From Callorhinchus milii (lineage: Eukaryota), in contig NW_024704743.1 of assembly GCF_018977255.1 (NCBI RefSeq), positions 21,020,001-21,084,000 on the forward strand: a stretch of 64,000 bases of DNA, read 5' to 3'. Of this stretch, positions 26,861 to 38,733 are shown piece after piece (within the stretch, counting starts at the first letter, position 1; each line of letters starts with the position of its first letter). The notes beneath the pieces were generated by a model that worked only from the letters and a program-made list of their open reading frames with translations, did not search any database and was not told the origin of the DNA. The translations under genes were made by a program, and so were the position numbers.

Positions 26861-28389
26861 TTGTGGGACATTGCTGTAGCAAATTGGCTGCCACATTTGT
26901 CTACAAATACACAATCACTACAGTATACAGGAAACTCTGTAAATCATTTTGATACGTTTCAACTTGGTGCAATATTAAATTCAAATATTATTATGATGGT
27001 GCTTGATATAAACTAATTTTTTCCTTCTTTTAAAAAACTCATTTTTAAAGGATGATGTTGTGGAGAATTTTCACTGATGCCTAAATATACATTGCTACAG
27101 CAATATTTGTGGTGTCTGCTAACTCAATGCAGTCTTTAGTTTGTGTGTGCCTTTACATTGCATGGTGTAGTCAGTTGGTGCTTCAGTGGAACAAAGATCT
27201 ACTGTTTTTGGAAAAGAACATCAGTAAACAGTAAATTTTTTAAGTGAAATTGGATATGTAGTTCACATTCTCTTTCTGAAACACATTTCCTGTGGATTTC
27301 ATACAAGATTAGGTCAGAACTGCTTTGGTGTTGACTGGATTGGGAGATGATGAGACATTTCTGAAAAATATATTATTTCACGTTCCAAATCTGAGGTAAA
27401 TTTTTACATCACTACTTGTGGGGAATATCTTAGCAGTGCAAAACCCAATTGCTTTGAACGAAGGCTTCATCAGTGATGTACTTGATATTGCAGTATGGTC
27501 TTTTGTTCATTTGACTGAAACATTAATGTTGCTGTTCTAAATATCTTATCAATAGTAGCCGAATCATACTTTTAATACGCTGTTACAACAGGTAGGTCTA
27601 TGGTAAATCACTGTGGTCAGAATTGAAGGATTTGGTCCATTCCAGCTCTCAGAATTTTTCCAATCTCTTGCCATGAATAATACCTGTTAGATTAATGGGC
27701 TACTGGCCCTTGATCCTACATGAAATACATTTGATCAGGGTCCTGGTGGGTTTGTACTCAAAGAACAAACGTGTTCCACTCAGACAACACATGGACGGCC
27801 TGGGAAATAGAAAATGTCACACTGGTGCTGTAGAGGATGCTCTTGTAGCGTTGGAGCCAAGGCACATTGTTCTGCAGAGACAAAAAATCTTTAATTCCAA
27901 GTCTTGGTTCTTGTCAGCCTATTCAGAATTAGGTAAGCACAGTGTGTCCCTCCAGAGAAAGATATGCACTCCAGTCCAAGCACAGGAACATTTCCATGGG
28001 TGGTTGGCACACATATGATGAACACTCAGTCTGGTTTGGATTTTCTTAATCATGATGATGGCCTTTCACATGTGTCAAACATTAGGCTGAGCCCCCAAAT
28101 AGCTCACTTGGATTGTGAGCTCAAAAAAAGATTTATTCATGATTGACTCATGTGGCATGTAATGGTGGTGTTGAATAGCCTGCTTCCGTGCTGTGCAGTC
28201 TGCATACGAGAATATCATTTTATAATTATATTTTAAGACTTGTAATTAACTCCCATAGAAGTGACGTTGTGGAACAGACTTTTGGTTACCTCCCTTAAAA
28301 AGGAGTTTGATAAACGTCTTGGTTTGAGATAAAATTAATTAGGTTTAGGTATAGATTGAGGTGATGAAATGTTCCATGCAATATTATGT

Positions 28390-28725
28390 CAGTGTAAACA
28401 GTAAGAGGTTATTTCCATAGGTTAGTGAGTCAGTAACTAGAGGGCACATATTTAAGATTAGCATAAAAGGAATTCAAGGGGAGGTTAGAAACAAAATCTT
28501 TACACAGAAGAGTGGCTGGAATGTGGAATTCTCTGCTACAAATTATTGTTGAAGCAGAGTCCATCCATTATATTTAAAAAAAGAAAATTGGATAGATGCT
28601 GGAAGAAAAAGCATATGAAAGGATATGAGGAACTAACAGGACAGTGGAATTAGATTAGGTTGCTGTTGTGGAGAAAAATATCAATGCAGACTTGATTCCC
28701 TGAATGGTCTGTTTTTGTGCCACGA
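28390..28725 (+). mobile_element. CR1 3' end
   Basis: actagagggcacatatttaag (TRGH), tttacacagaagagtgg..tggaattctctg, tail gaatggtctgtttttgtgc. Confidence 0.8.
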
Positions 28726-29009
28726 CAGGACACAATGGACAGAATGTTTCATCAGTTGATTAATGGAGATGTGAGCATGGATGACTATTCTTCAAGTTTG
28801 CTTGTTTACCTCCTTAATTCTTCATTAACTATTCATTAATTCTTAAGATATTTCTGAAGAGCATTCCTTCTGAATCTTAGCTAGCTTATTTATAGTCCAT
28901 GATGGGATAGATTTCACATAAGAAGGAATGGCTTGATGCTCCCAACGACTTTATCAACTTTCCACTTATTGGAATAATAACAATAATCCTTGCATTTGAT
29001 ATCTTTAAG

Positions 29010-29403
29010 TCATGTTCCAACCTCTAAATTTGCTCCATGGTCTTGCCCCACCCTACCTCTAACCTTCGCAAATCTAACAAACCTGCCTGCTCCTTCCTCT
29101 CAGCAAGCATCGGCCTGCTTTAAGTACCCCACCTTACCTGTCCAACCATTGACGGTCAGGCCTTCAGCCCTCTGCCCCCACTGTAGAACCTCATCCTGGG
29201 GTCCCTATGACTCATCTTTGCCCTTGTCTCCTTCAAGATCCACCTCAAGAGTTTCTTCTTTGACCCGGTCAGGCATCTTTACCCCCTTGTCCCCTACCCA
29301 CTTGGCTTCTACTCCCAGATCTCGTACAAACCCTGGACTGTCCAGCCTTTGGATGTCCTCTTGACGTGAAAGGCGCAATATAAATGTAAGTTTGTTGTTA
29401 TTG
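29010..29403 (+). mobile_element. L2 3' end
   Basis: ggtcaggccttcagc, tccttcaagatccacctcaag, tail gtgaaaggcgcaatataaatgtaagtttgttg. Confidence 0.8.
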
Positions 29404-29404
29404 A

Positions 29405-29770
29405 TATGCTGCCTTATCATGTCATCGAGATATCTCAAAATGCTTCACATGATATAAACTAATGTTACTGTGTCATTTTGGTGGTGAATATGGCAGCCAT
29501 TTTACACAGCAATGTTCCACAAAACCCATGAAGCGAATGACCAATTTTATTTGGGGGATTGATGGCCAAGACATCAGGAGAAATTCTCTTCTCTTTTCGA
29601 ATAGTGTCAAGAGATCTTTTAACATCCATCTGAACAGACCGATGAGACCTCCAAAAATGCCACCCCCAGTACTGTATTGAAGAGTCAGACTGTAAGAGTT
29701 CCAAGTCCCAGTTGCAAGGTTTGAACCCATAAATATGCTTTGTGTTTAAAATCTGATTCAAAAGGAATTA
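29405..29770 (-). mobile_element. DeuSINE
   Basis: gaatagtgtcaagagatcttttaacatccatctgaacag (Deu domain reverse complement). Confidence 0.75.
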
Positions 29771-29914
29771 ACAGAGTGAATTAAATATTGGTTCTTTGGC
29801 CATGCATTCAGTTCAGAGTGAAATGGAGGAGAAAACACAAAATATTAACTGCAAGATTTTTCTCTGTTTAAACTACAATAATGGTTTGAGATAAGGGATT
29901 GTAAACGGAGGCTG

Positions 29915-30235
29915 TTAATTAGTGAAAGGTTAATGCTGTTGGTTGTTTACTCCCACTGGTTGATGAATCAATAACGGGAGGGAGGAAGGTGCTTAAACTC
30001 ATGATTTTTAGTGGAATAGTTAAGGTGGCAGATTATTAAAACATTGCATGCTTTTCCACATATGTTTTTTGAATCTAAGACCATCACTACATTTAAAAAG
30101 GAATTGAGGAAATATTTGAAGAGGAACAGTGTATAAAGGTACAGAGAAAGAGCAAAGAATTGATGAAGGAGCTAACAAAACCAAAATTTGATGTGCCAAA
30201 CTGCCCCCTTCTGCCCTTTAATTTCTATGATTCTG
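29915..30235 (+). mobile_element. CR1 3' fragment(s)
   Basis: catttaaaaaggaattgaggaaatatttgaagagg..gagaaagagc, plus a CR1-like tail. Confidence 0.55.
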
Positions 30236-30689
30236 CAGTACTTAAATCTTTGGAATAGCACATAATCTATCAAAGTGACTGAAGAATTAGCAGATATGCA
30301 AACAAAATGCAATGCTTCACTTATGAAAATTGTAACTATTGCAATCACTTTTTTTGTAGCATTTGACAGCACATGTCATATTTACCCAATAAACTCAGTA
30401 GGTCACTTTTCAGACCTGCGTCATTCTTTCCAAGTGCCTCTCATGACGAGCAACCAAGATCAAACATGGAGTACATGGCTTGAAGACATCGAACATTTTA
30501 TTTGGGAAGGGGATTAAGAGAAGGAAATAAAGCTTTGCATGGGTTTTGTAGCCTTGTAGAAGAACATTTACCAATTCTTGCACAATAATAAATTTATGGT
30601 GAAGAACCTTTCATGAAGTCAGCACAGCTATCGGAAGCAGTGTGGTAAAAAGCATTTGCAAGAAAGTAATGGGAGGAAAGCGAAAAGAT

Positions 30690-31080
30690 TTTAAAATTCA
30701 TTATAAAGCCAAGAATGTTAGTGATATCCATGGATGAGTTTATTGATTTATTTTTACACACAAAGAATTATTAAGATGTACAGTGCCCTGCCAGATGTGG
30801 CAGTCGAGGCAGGATCCATATTAGTTTTTATGAGGAAAGTTCTGACATTCTGTTTCCTAGTATGTCATCTTGGAGCCAGTTTAGCTCCAAGGAAACCTTG
30901 CTTACTTCCCGCACCCCCAAGGAGGATAGTCACTTGGTGTTCATTTGGCATCCAACAAGTGTAGGTTTGAGAGATATCTAAAAAGGAATTGCTTGCAGGG
31001 ATATTGGAGAAAAGTCAGGTAAATGGGATTGAGTCAACATAGGGTTGAATGATCTTCTGTGCTGTAAATTTCTATCTTTC
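30690..31080 (+). mobile_element. CR1 3' end carrying a 126-bp templated insertion
   Basis: tttacacacaaagaatt..gccctgccagatgtggcagtcgaggcagg..gcagggatattggagaaaagtcagg..ttctgtgctgtaaatttctat. Confidence 0.75.
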
Positions 31081-32019
31081 TACCTTAAATCTTGAACAAA
31101 ACACTGAAAGTTTACATAACTGTAGCATTTATAGCTTTAAATTTATAATAGTGTAGTTTGTAGCACCAATGTGTACAACCACAGAATCTGATCTCAAGGC
31201 TACAGTCCTATGCTATTTGAACTGAGCAGGGGATAAGGAGGAATGTGATAACCTTGCCCTCACCTGTGAAAACTGTAATGATATATAACTTTGCTCAGAA
31301 ACTTGACAAGTGTATTAAAATTGATATTTAGTAAAGGAACGTCACATCCCTAAAAAGATGTGTTGCTCAAGCTCCATACCTCCAACTGGTGGAACCATCG
31401 CTCAATGAGAAGGTGCGTGTGTCTGAGCCATGGACAGGACGATTGTTTCACACTGAGCTCACAGGAAACCTGACATCTATTTAGTGAGGGCTCAAACCTG
31501 CACTTGTTGGATGCCAAATGAACACCAAGTGACTATCCTCCTTGGGGGTGCGGGAAGTAAGCAAGGTCTCCTTGGAGCTAAACTGACTCCAAGATGACAT
31601 ACTAGGAAACAGAATGCAAGAATCAACTCAATCCTCTGTGCCAGACTCAGTAGTCTGGTTACTTAGCCAGGTGGGTCTGCTATACTCCAGTACACTGCTG
31701 ATGACAGCACAGTCAGCCTGGCTCATCGGGAGGACTTGGAGAGGCAGAGTGCGAGCAGAGATTCTTTCCACTTAGCTCCTGTTAACCCAGAAAGGCAAAG
31801 GCCTAACGGATAGGGTGGTCTTAGTTGGAGAAGCAGCAGGAAGCTTGCCAGACAGTGCTTTCAATGGCAAGCTATGCAGTTTTAACTGGTTGAACTTCAG
31901 CAGTACCCAACACACATAATGAGGTCCCCAAGCCTTGGCTTTGCTAACCTGTGTGTTAACTCTCCAGCATTAGGTAAGCAGGATGCGTCCCTCTAGGGAG
32001 AGAGTACACATTCCATTTG

Positions 32020-32168
32020 AAACGGGAATTTTCATGTATATTGCGAACAGGGGAATTCTCATGTATATTGCAAACAGGAGAATTCTTATGTTTATTGTGA
32101 ACAGGGGAATTCTCATGTATTCCAAACAGGGGAATTTTCATGTGTATTCCAAACAGGGAAATTTTCAG
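32020..32168. repeat. Minisatellite, ~27-bp unit x ~5.5
   Basis: Units such as aacaggggaattctcatgtatattgca repeated with small variations. Confidence 0.9.
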
Positions 32169-32293
32169 TTCTGATGAAAGGTCATCAACTGAAACGTTCA
32201 CTCACTTTGCTCTCTCCATAGATGTCCTGCTTAGTGTTCCCAGTGACATCTGTTTTTATTTCGGATTTTCAGAATCTGCAGTATCTTGCCTTT
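32163..32293 (+). mobile_element. Penelope-like terminal fragment with hammerhead core
   Basis: cagttctgatgaaaggtcatcaactgaaacgttcactc..ctctccatagatg..ctgtttttatttcggattttcagaatctgcagta; homologous to the minus-strand copy at 10960-11172. Confidence 0.7.
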
Positions 32294-33069
32294 TGAATTT
32301 TCATGTGTGGGTGGGTTGCATGGAACTCTGTTTAGTTTGGATACTCTTAAGACTGGTGGTAGGTTTCCACATGTGTCGGATACCCGGCTTCCCAAAAAAT
32401 CCTTTAGAGGAAATTCGAGAATTCTTTATTGTTTAATATTATTCAGATTTATAATTAGCAAATTCAAATTAGTCTGAAGGACAGAGCCCAGCTCTGAAAA
32501 ACTGCCAGTGGGTCAGAGCAATTCTGTTCAAGCTTATCTCGAAATTCCTATTCAGTGACCAAGTTAATGCTGAGTTGAGGCAAAAAACATGCTTCTCTAC
32601 ACATAGATTAGAAAAAAACATGATGACTTTATATAAAAATCAATACCTCTTCCAACAAATTGATAAAAGTGTTTTCGTAAGTTTTTTTTTAAGGAATCGA
32701 TCAGCATTTATACTATTATCAGTAGTTTAACCACAGAAACTGTGGTTATCATTACTGTGTGCTCGACATTTATATAAAAAAAGTTTGACTGGTTTTGTGT
32801 GGACTCTAAGATGAGCTTTGTGTTGCCAGCAGTAAAATGCGAGTTCTCTTATCCACAAACCTTCTTCACTGAAGACTATTTCCAATGCACATCAATTTTG
32901 CAGCCAGCAGTGAGATTTATTTTCGTGAATGCAATTGTTTTGAGCCTTTCACCTTTTTAAGGGTGTAACTGTGGATGTGGAAAACCATTTTAATTGTTCC
33001 ATTTCTGGTCACTTAACGCATTTTCATTGGCGTCTGCTGACTATATTTGAAATGCTTGGTGGTGACAGA

Positions 33070-33384
33070 TAATAATAATAATCCTTGCATTTGATATAGC
33101 GCTTTTCACATCGGAAGGACGTCCCAAAGCGCTTCACAGAACATACTGTAAAGTGAATTGACTGTATACTTGTGGGCGAACGCGGCAGCCAATAGTGCAC
33201 AGCAATGTCCCACAAACAGTCGTAGATTGAAAATGACCAATTTATTATTGTTTTTGGCTTTGGAGGGATTATTATTAGGCGTGTGGAGTAAGGAAACTTG
33301 CCCAAGGTTTCGCCCTGCCTGGAATTGAACTCAGGTCTCTCGCTTGCAAAGCGAGTGCTCTAACCACTGAGCTACAGGACTCCA
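33070..33384 (-). mobile_element. Full-length young tRNA(Ala)-SINE, short variant
   Basis: Intact A/B boxes on the minus strand, near-identical body to 62453-62677, (tta)n tail. Confidence 0.95.
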
Positions 33385-33979
33385 GATGTGTGACTGTTAC
33401 AGGAAAAAAGTCCAAGAGGTTTGTTTATTGCAAGTGTTGAGAATATTTGGGTTCATTCATTGCCCAGAGTACTTTTAATATATTTATACAATCACAACAC
33501 ATTGCCACATTGACATTCCAGAAATATTTAAATAGGAGAGTGCAGAAGGGAAATTGGAGTATGTGCTTAAAGTTGGCAGCTGTAGATTGCTGTGTTTGCT
33601 AACACCATTGGCATGGAAGAGCATGATATTTATTAACTACTAAATAAAGTAGACATTAATCTTTGTGCGGACATTGGCCTTGGTTTGTGATCTGTTGTTT
33701 TTCTACCTCAGATAACCGATAACTACTCATTTCAGGATCAGCACGGTCAACTGGCCAGATTAACAGATGTGGAAGTATCAGGCACAAAGCTCCTGAGAAA
33801 TGTCAAATTCAAAACTTCTTATTAGGTTAAAGTTTAGCAAAACGTACATTATTTAAATGATTAACGACAGATATATAGATTTTGTTCCATAGGCTTCAAT
33901 ATTTGTTCAAAAGTATTGAGGGTATCAAAGTAGTTTAAAGTATGTTCTGTACTATTCAGTTATGCTAGATGGAGATTCA

Positions 33980-34649
33980 AATGCTTGCATTTGATAGAGC
34001 ACCTTATCATATCTTTGAGACGTCTCAAAGTGCTTCACAGAATATGCTGTGAAGTGAATTGACTGTATATTTTGTGGGCAAGACACGGCAGCCAGCAGTG
34101 TCCCACAAACAGTCGTGGATTGAGTGGCCAAATTATTACTATTTTTTTTGAAAGAATTATTACTGCTGGAAAAGTGATCCGCCAATAAACTAACAACCGG
34201 GTTTCTACTTACTGCTAGGTAAACAGAGGAGTGTGGGGTAAGGAACCTTGTGGAGTCCTGTAGCTCAGTGGTTAGAGCACTCGCCTTGCAAGCGAGACAC
34301 CTGGGTTCAATTCCAGGCAGGGCGAAACCTTGGGCAAGTATCCTTACTCCACACGCCTAATAATAATCCCTCCAAAACAAAACAATAATAAATTGGTCAT
34401 TTTCAATCCACAACTGCTTGTGGGACACTGCTGTGCACAATTGGCTGCTGTGTTTCTCCTACAAATATACAGTCAATTCACTTTACAGGTATTCTGTGAA
34501 GCGCTTTGAGATGTCTAGAAGATGTGAAAAGCGCTATATCAAATGCAAGGATTATTATTATTATTATTATTTGTCCAACATTTTGCCCTGCTGTGAATCG
34601 CACCCAGGTCCCTCGCTTGCGAGACGAGTGCTCTAACCACTGAGCTACA
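33980..34649 (-). mobile_element. tRNA-SINE long variant, split by insertion of a second SINE
   Basis: Body at 33980-34250; the remaining head (..gagtgctctaaccactgagctaca) is at 34571-34649. Confidence 0.85.
34250..34571 (+). mobile_element. Full-length tRNA(Ala)-SINE, short variant
   Basis: A box tagctcagtgg, B box ggttcaattcc, anticodon arm ctcgc-cttgcaa-gcgag, L2-like tail gtgaaaagcgctatatcaaatgcaagg(att)n. Confidence 0.95.
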
Positions 34650-34759
34650 TCCATGGGGTTGGGGGATGGGGATTGATAGAATAACTCATCAACCCGTTGA
34701 ACTCTTCAATGGAAATGACAACTCTGATCATCTTGAAAGTAGTGGTGTGTGAAAATACT

Positions 34760-36000
34760 GTGCTTACCTCTGGGACCTCCTGCAACCCTACCGACCTGAC
34801 TTCTCCCTTTGCTCTGTAAACACTGGGCTGTTTTCTGTCACCCGACCAAATTGCATCATTGTCAGGGGAAAGCTTTCAGCCATTCTATCCTCGTTCTTTG
34901 AAACTTCATCCCGGGATCCCTCTGACGTGCCCCCTCCCTCCTCGCTTTCAAGGCCTGCCTTAAGATTGACTTCTTTTGCTCATTTACTTATTTTCCCTCT
35001 TCCTCTCTCCCAGCTATGGAAAACACTTTGAGATATCCTGTCAACTATCCTTTAAAACTTACATTCGTGCACTGACCTGCTCAGTTCCCCTCCCACCACC
35101 GTCCCATTGACTGCCTCCAGCACCACCTCTCCTGTTGGACTGCCTAGATCCTCATCCATGCTTTCAGCATGTCTAGGCTAGTTTACACCAACTTTCTGCT
35201 TGCCACACTCTCTGCTTCTTCCTCTCACAAGCTGCAGACTTAACAGAACTTGCAGCTTGTGTCCTTGCTTTGCAAACCTATCATTGCATCTGTGCCAGCT
35301 CTGCTGGCTTCCCATCCCCCAGCAGATCAAATTCAAGGTCCTCGTCCTCACCTTTAAAACACTTGATGATCTTCCCCCACCCTACTTCTTGATCTCCTCA
35401 AAATTTAAATAACCAATCGTTCCTTCCCCTAAATGGGCACCAGCCTGCTCCACATCCCACACCCCACGCACCCCATCATCAGTGGTTGGGCCTTCCGCTT
35501 TTATACCCCCAGCCTCTGGAACTCCATTCACAGAGTTCTTTTGACTTCCCCTTCTTTTGTCTCTTTCAAGGTCCACTTCATTACCTTCCTCTTCGGTCCA
35601 TCTTCCCTCCCCCCCCCACACCCACCCCCTCAGCCCCCAACTCCATGGACCCCTTTGGACTGTCCCGCACCACAGGACTTCCTCAGGAGGTGAAAGGACC
35701 TATATAAATATTATATTTGCATTGTATTTGCTGTTTTGTATAATACCAATTTGGAAGGTCTTACATAAATGTAAGTTGTATCGTATGGATCGCTCTCGGG
35801 AGGTCCACCCCAGACTCCCACGCCCTTGTCCCCTCCCTCCCTTCGTATAAAGCCTGCCTTAAAATTTACCTCCGTCTCTGCTTTCGGTCATCCTCCCAAA
35901 CCCCTACCTCTTCAGCAAAAGTTTGGGTGCCTATTCAGCTGTAGGAAGTGCTTTGAGACCAACCTCCTAATGTGAAAGGCTCTATTTAAATTGTATTGGA
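34760..36000 (+). mobile_element. Cluster of three L2 3' fragments
   Basis: LCWLPIPQQIKFKVLVLTFKTL, GWAF..PSLWNSI, and repeated gtgaaagg..tat tails at ~35700 and ~35980. Confidence 0.8.
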
Positions 36001-37119
36001 CAGTAAGTGCCCATTGACCCTGAAGGACATTATAGTTGAGCCCGGGTCCAGTCCTCAGCCAACTCACCGATGTACATTCCAGCAGGCTAATAATTGGAAG
36101 CTGATGCTTTGACTTCTTTTTTCTGCCTTCTTCCCCTTGCTGAGGTTAATTCACCCCCTTTGCTTGACCACAAAAGGTGCTACATAAATAAAAGTTGCAG
36201 TGCGTCTATTCTCTACTCATATCGCAACTGAGATGATCTGACTGAGAATTGATGGAATCTAATGAACTGCACTATGTGATGCCTTTATCCACTTGGGGTT
36301 TGTTGTAGTTATCCACAGTTAACTGCTACAGTACAGTATCTGCAAAGTGCGTAGACACCACACTTTACAGTAAAAATCATATGAGTGAAGCACTTTGAGA
36401 AGTGCTCCTGTGTGAAAGGCGCTATCCAATACAATACAATTTGCATTTATACATGTCGAGAGGAAGTCTCAAACTGCGTTCACAGTGCTGGATGGACATT
36501 CGATCTAGAGGTGGGGTGGGTAGGGGAAAGCATGGTTGAAGAGGTAAGTTTTAAGATGCTTATCAGTTTTCTGAGATATGAAAACAGTCTGAATCTAACC
36601 CAATGTCGGTATAGCTATAGATTTTCATATATAAACTGGGTAGCTGGTTTTAGGTGTTCTTCCACACTTGAAGAATGTTTTTTGGGCCGCTGTAGATTTT
36701 CTTTGAGTATCTCATTTCACTAGAGGGAGCTACACCTCCAATATGTTACTGGAGCTTTTTCTGGAGAATGTGCAGATAAAAATCCATTTCTTCTTCTGAA
36801 TTTATTTTATTGTCTGCACACAAAAAGCCATCTAGCATCCAAATGGGTCTGTTATATTTTTAAAAGGTGGATTTATTTATTAATGCAAATACGTTTCCTT
36901 GCTGCCTATTTGTCTGTGATCACTGAAGCATATTGAGGTCATGTCAGTCATTCTGTTAATGTCTTCAAGGAAAAAACGGTATGATAATAACCCTATGGGA
37001 GCAGCATATACTTAACCTGAACACAGTAAAAAAAATGTTTTTCTAAACAAAAAATCATGAGAGCAATAAAAGGTAGAAATAATATCAAATCTGAATCAAT
37101 TTAAAGAAATTTCAACTCT

Positions 37120-37378
37120 TCCTGTTCAGGTGTATGTTAAAGATCCCATGACACTATTCAAAAAGAGAAGGAAGTTTTTCTCCAGTGTCCTGGCCAACAG
37201 TCCCCTAAATACAGTTTGTCACTCAATTAATTGCTCTTTGTGGAACATTACTGTCTACAAATTGGCTGGTGCGTTTACTTCCAAAATAAACAGTCAGTAG
37301 ACTTCAAAGTAAAATCCTGTGAAGTGTGTTGAGAAAGCACGATAAGACACTATATGAAATGCAAAGATTATAATATAT
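37120..37378 (+). mobile_element. DeuSINE 3' half
   Basis: gttaaagatcccatgacactattcaaaaagagaagg..cagtgtcctggccaac (Deu domain). Confidence 0.85.
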
Positions 37379-37778
37379 TATTATTAAAAGACTTGCTGCA
37401 GTTTTCTGTGCTATAAACATTTTCAAGTCCAAACAGTTATAGTAAGGTTCCGTTGAGCAACAAGGCCTTTTCAACTGCAGTATTGTTATATTAATCTAGT
37501 GTAAGGTATATCGCTTACCCAAGGGATACATTGTATGTATGTTTCCACAATATGTTAAAAATAATAATCATACTAGTGGTTTGATAAATTAAACATCTCA
37601 TAAACAGCATCAACATAAACTTGTTAAACTTTCAATATTAGAATATTTTTCATCATGAACAGAGATAGTATTTAAAGATTGAACTCAACTCAAACAGAGT
37701 TAGATGCCTTTAGTACTTTTGAACAAACTGTTGAAACTTATTGTACAAAATGTACTCATTATGGTTTATCTATTAAAG

Positions 37779-37951
37779 GCAGATGTTTTGCTAATCTTTA
37801 ACCAGGTAAGTGGTTTTGTGTTTGGTATTGCATTTGAATCAATCGGCTTCAATTCGAAAGAATAAATTTAACTAAAGTTTATTTTCAGGTTGAGAAACTA
37901 ATAGAGCCATGCTGAGTTCCTGGTTTGGAGTTGTGTTTTCTACATTGCAAG
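37779..37951 (+). other. Candidate exon pair around an 83-nt intron (37806-37888)
   Basis: Consensus donor CAG|GTAAGT at 37805/6, branch-like tttaac, and acceptor ttttcag|G at 37888. The downstream piece has gagccATG (37909) reading MLSSWFGVVFSTLQ to a weak donor AAG|GTGGTT. Confidence 0.3.
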
Positions 37952-38422
37952 GTGGTTCTGAATTACCCTATTGATGATGTGAAGGAAGGACAGCTAGACC
38001 TCTAATATACTATACACATTTAGATCAGCAAATTAATCCTAGGAACATGATTTGGAGCTGGAGAGTAAGCAGCTGTGGGTAAATCTAGCATGAACATGAC
38101 ATGACAGGAGGGAAACAACAGAGATTACCTTTTTGTGGGTTTCATTGCTCATGTTAACATACCACTTGAGTAAGGTTGCAACATGTTGGTGACTGTTAAT
38201 GTGATTACAGTATTATTTGTTATGGCTACAATGAGTAATTCCACTTGTCAGCCTGCTCGGGATCTCCAGACATCTCACAACAGGAGATTATTCATCCTGG
38301 ATGCAACATTACAAATTGTTACCTGGTTTAATTGACTTTTAATCATAAAATTGTATGTAGAACATAAAAGTGGTATGAAATTATCTAAAATTTATTAAAG
38401 AGTTGGACAGTGAAACTACTTA

Positions 38423-38733
38423 AGTTCCGTAGCTCAGTGGTTAGAGCATTCACTTTGCAAGCGAGAGACCTGGGTTCGATTCCCGGCAGGGTGAAACCTT
38501 GCGCAAGTTTCCGTGCTCCACATGCCTGATAATAATCTCTCAAGAAAAAAAGTAATAATAAATTGGTCATTTCAATCCACGACTGTTTGTGGGACATTGC
38601 TGTGCGCAATTGGTTGCCGCATTTCTCCCACAAGTATACAGTCAATTCACTTTACAGTCTCTTCTGTGAAGTGCTTTGAGACATCTAGAAGGCGTGAAAA
38701 GTGCTATATCAAATGCAAGGATTATTATTATTA
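38423..38733 (+). mobile_element. Full-length tRNA-SINE, short variant
   Basis: gtagctcagtggttagagca..gggttcgattccc..atcaaatgcaaggattattatt. Confidence 0.93.

Larger units (their letters stand above)
31360..32400. mobile_element. Unclassified interspersed repeat (copy 1 of family)
   Basis: Colinear similarity over ~650 bp with 49700-50400 (e.g. acctccaactg.tggaac, gtgagggctcaaacc, cagcctggctcatcgg, agctcctgttaaccc, aagcttgccaga.agtgctt). Confidence 0.75.

Noticed and set aside
32020..32168. CRISPR-like regular repeats
   Set aside because: The units are contiguous with no unique spacers, in a eukaryotic context with no cas genes; it is a minisatellite.
34250..34325. tRNA-Ala(TGC)-like sequence (also at 33310-33384, 38423-38495, 53281-53355)
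   Set aside because: Each continues into a SINE body and tail and the acceptor stems are poor; these are SINE heads, not tRNA genes.
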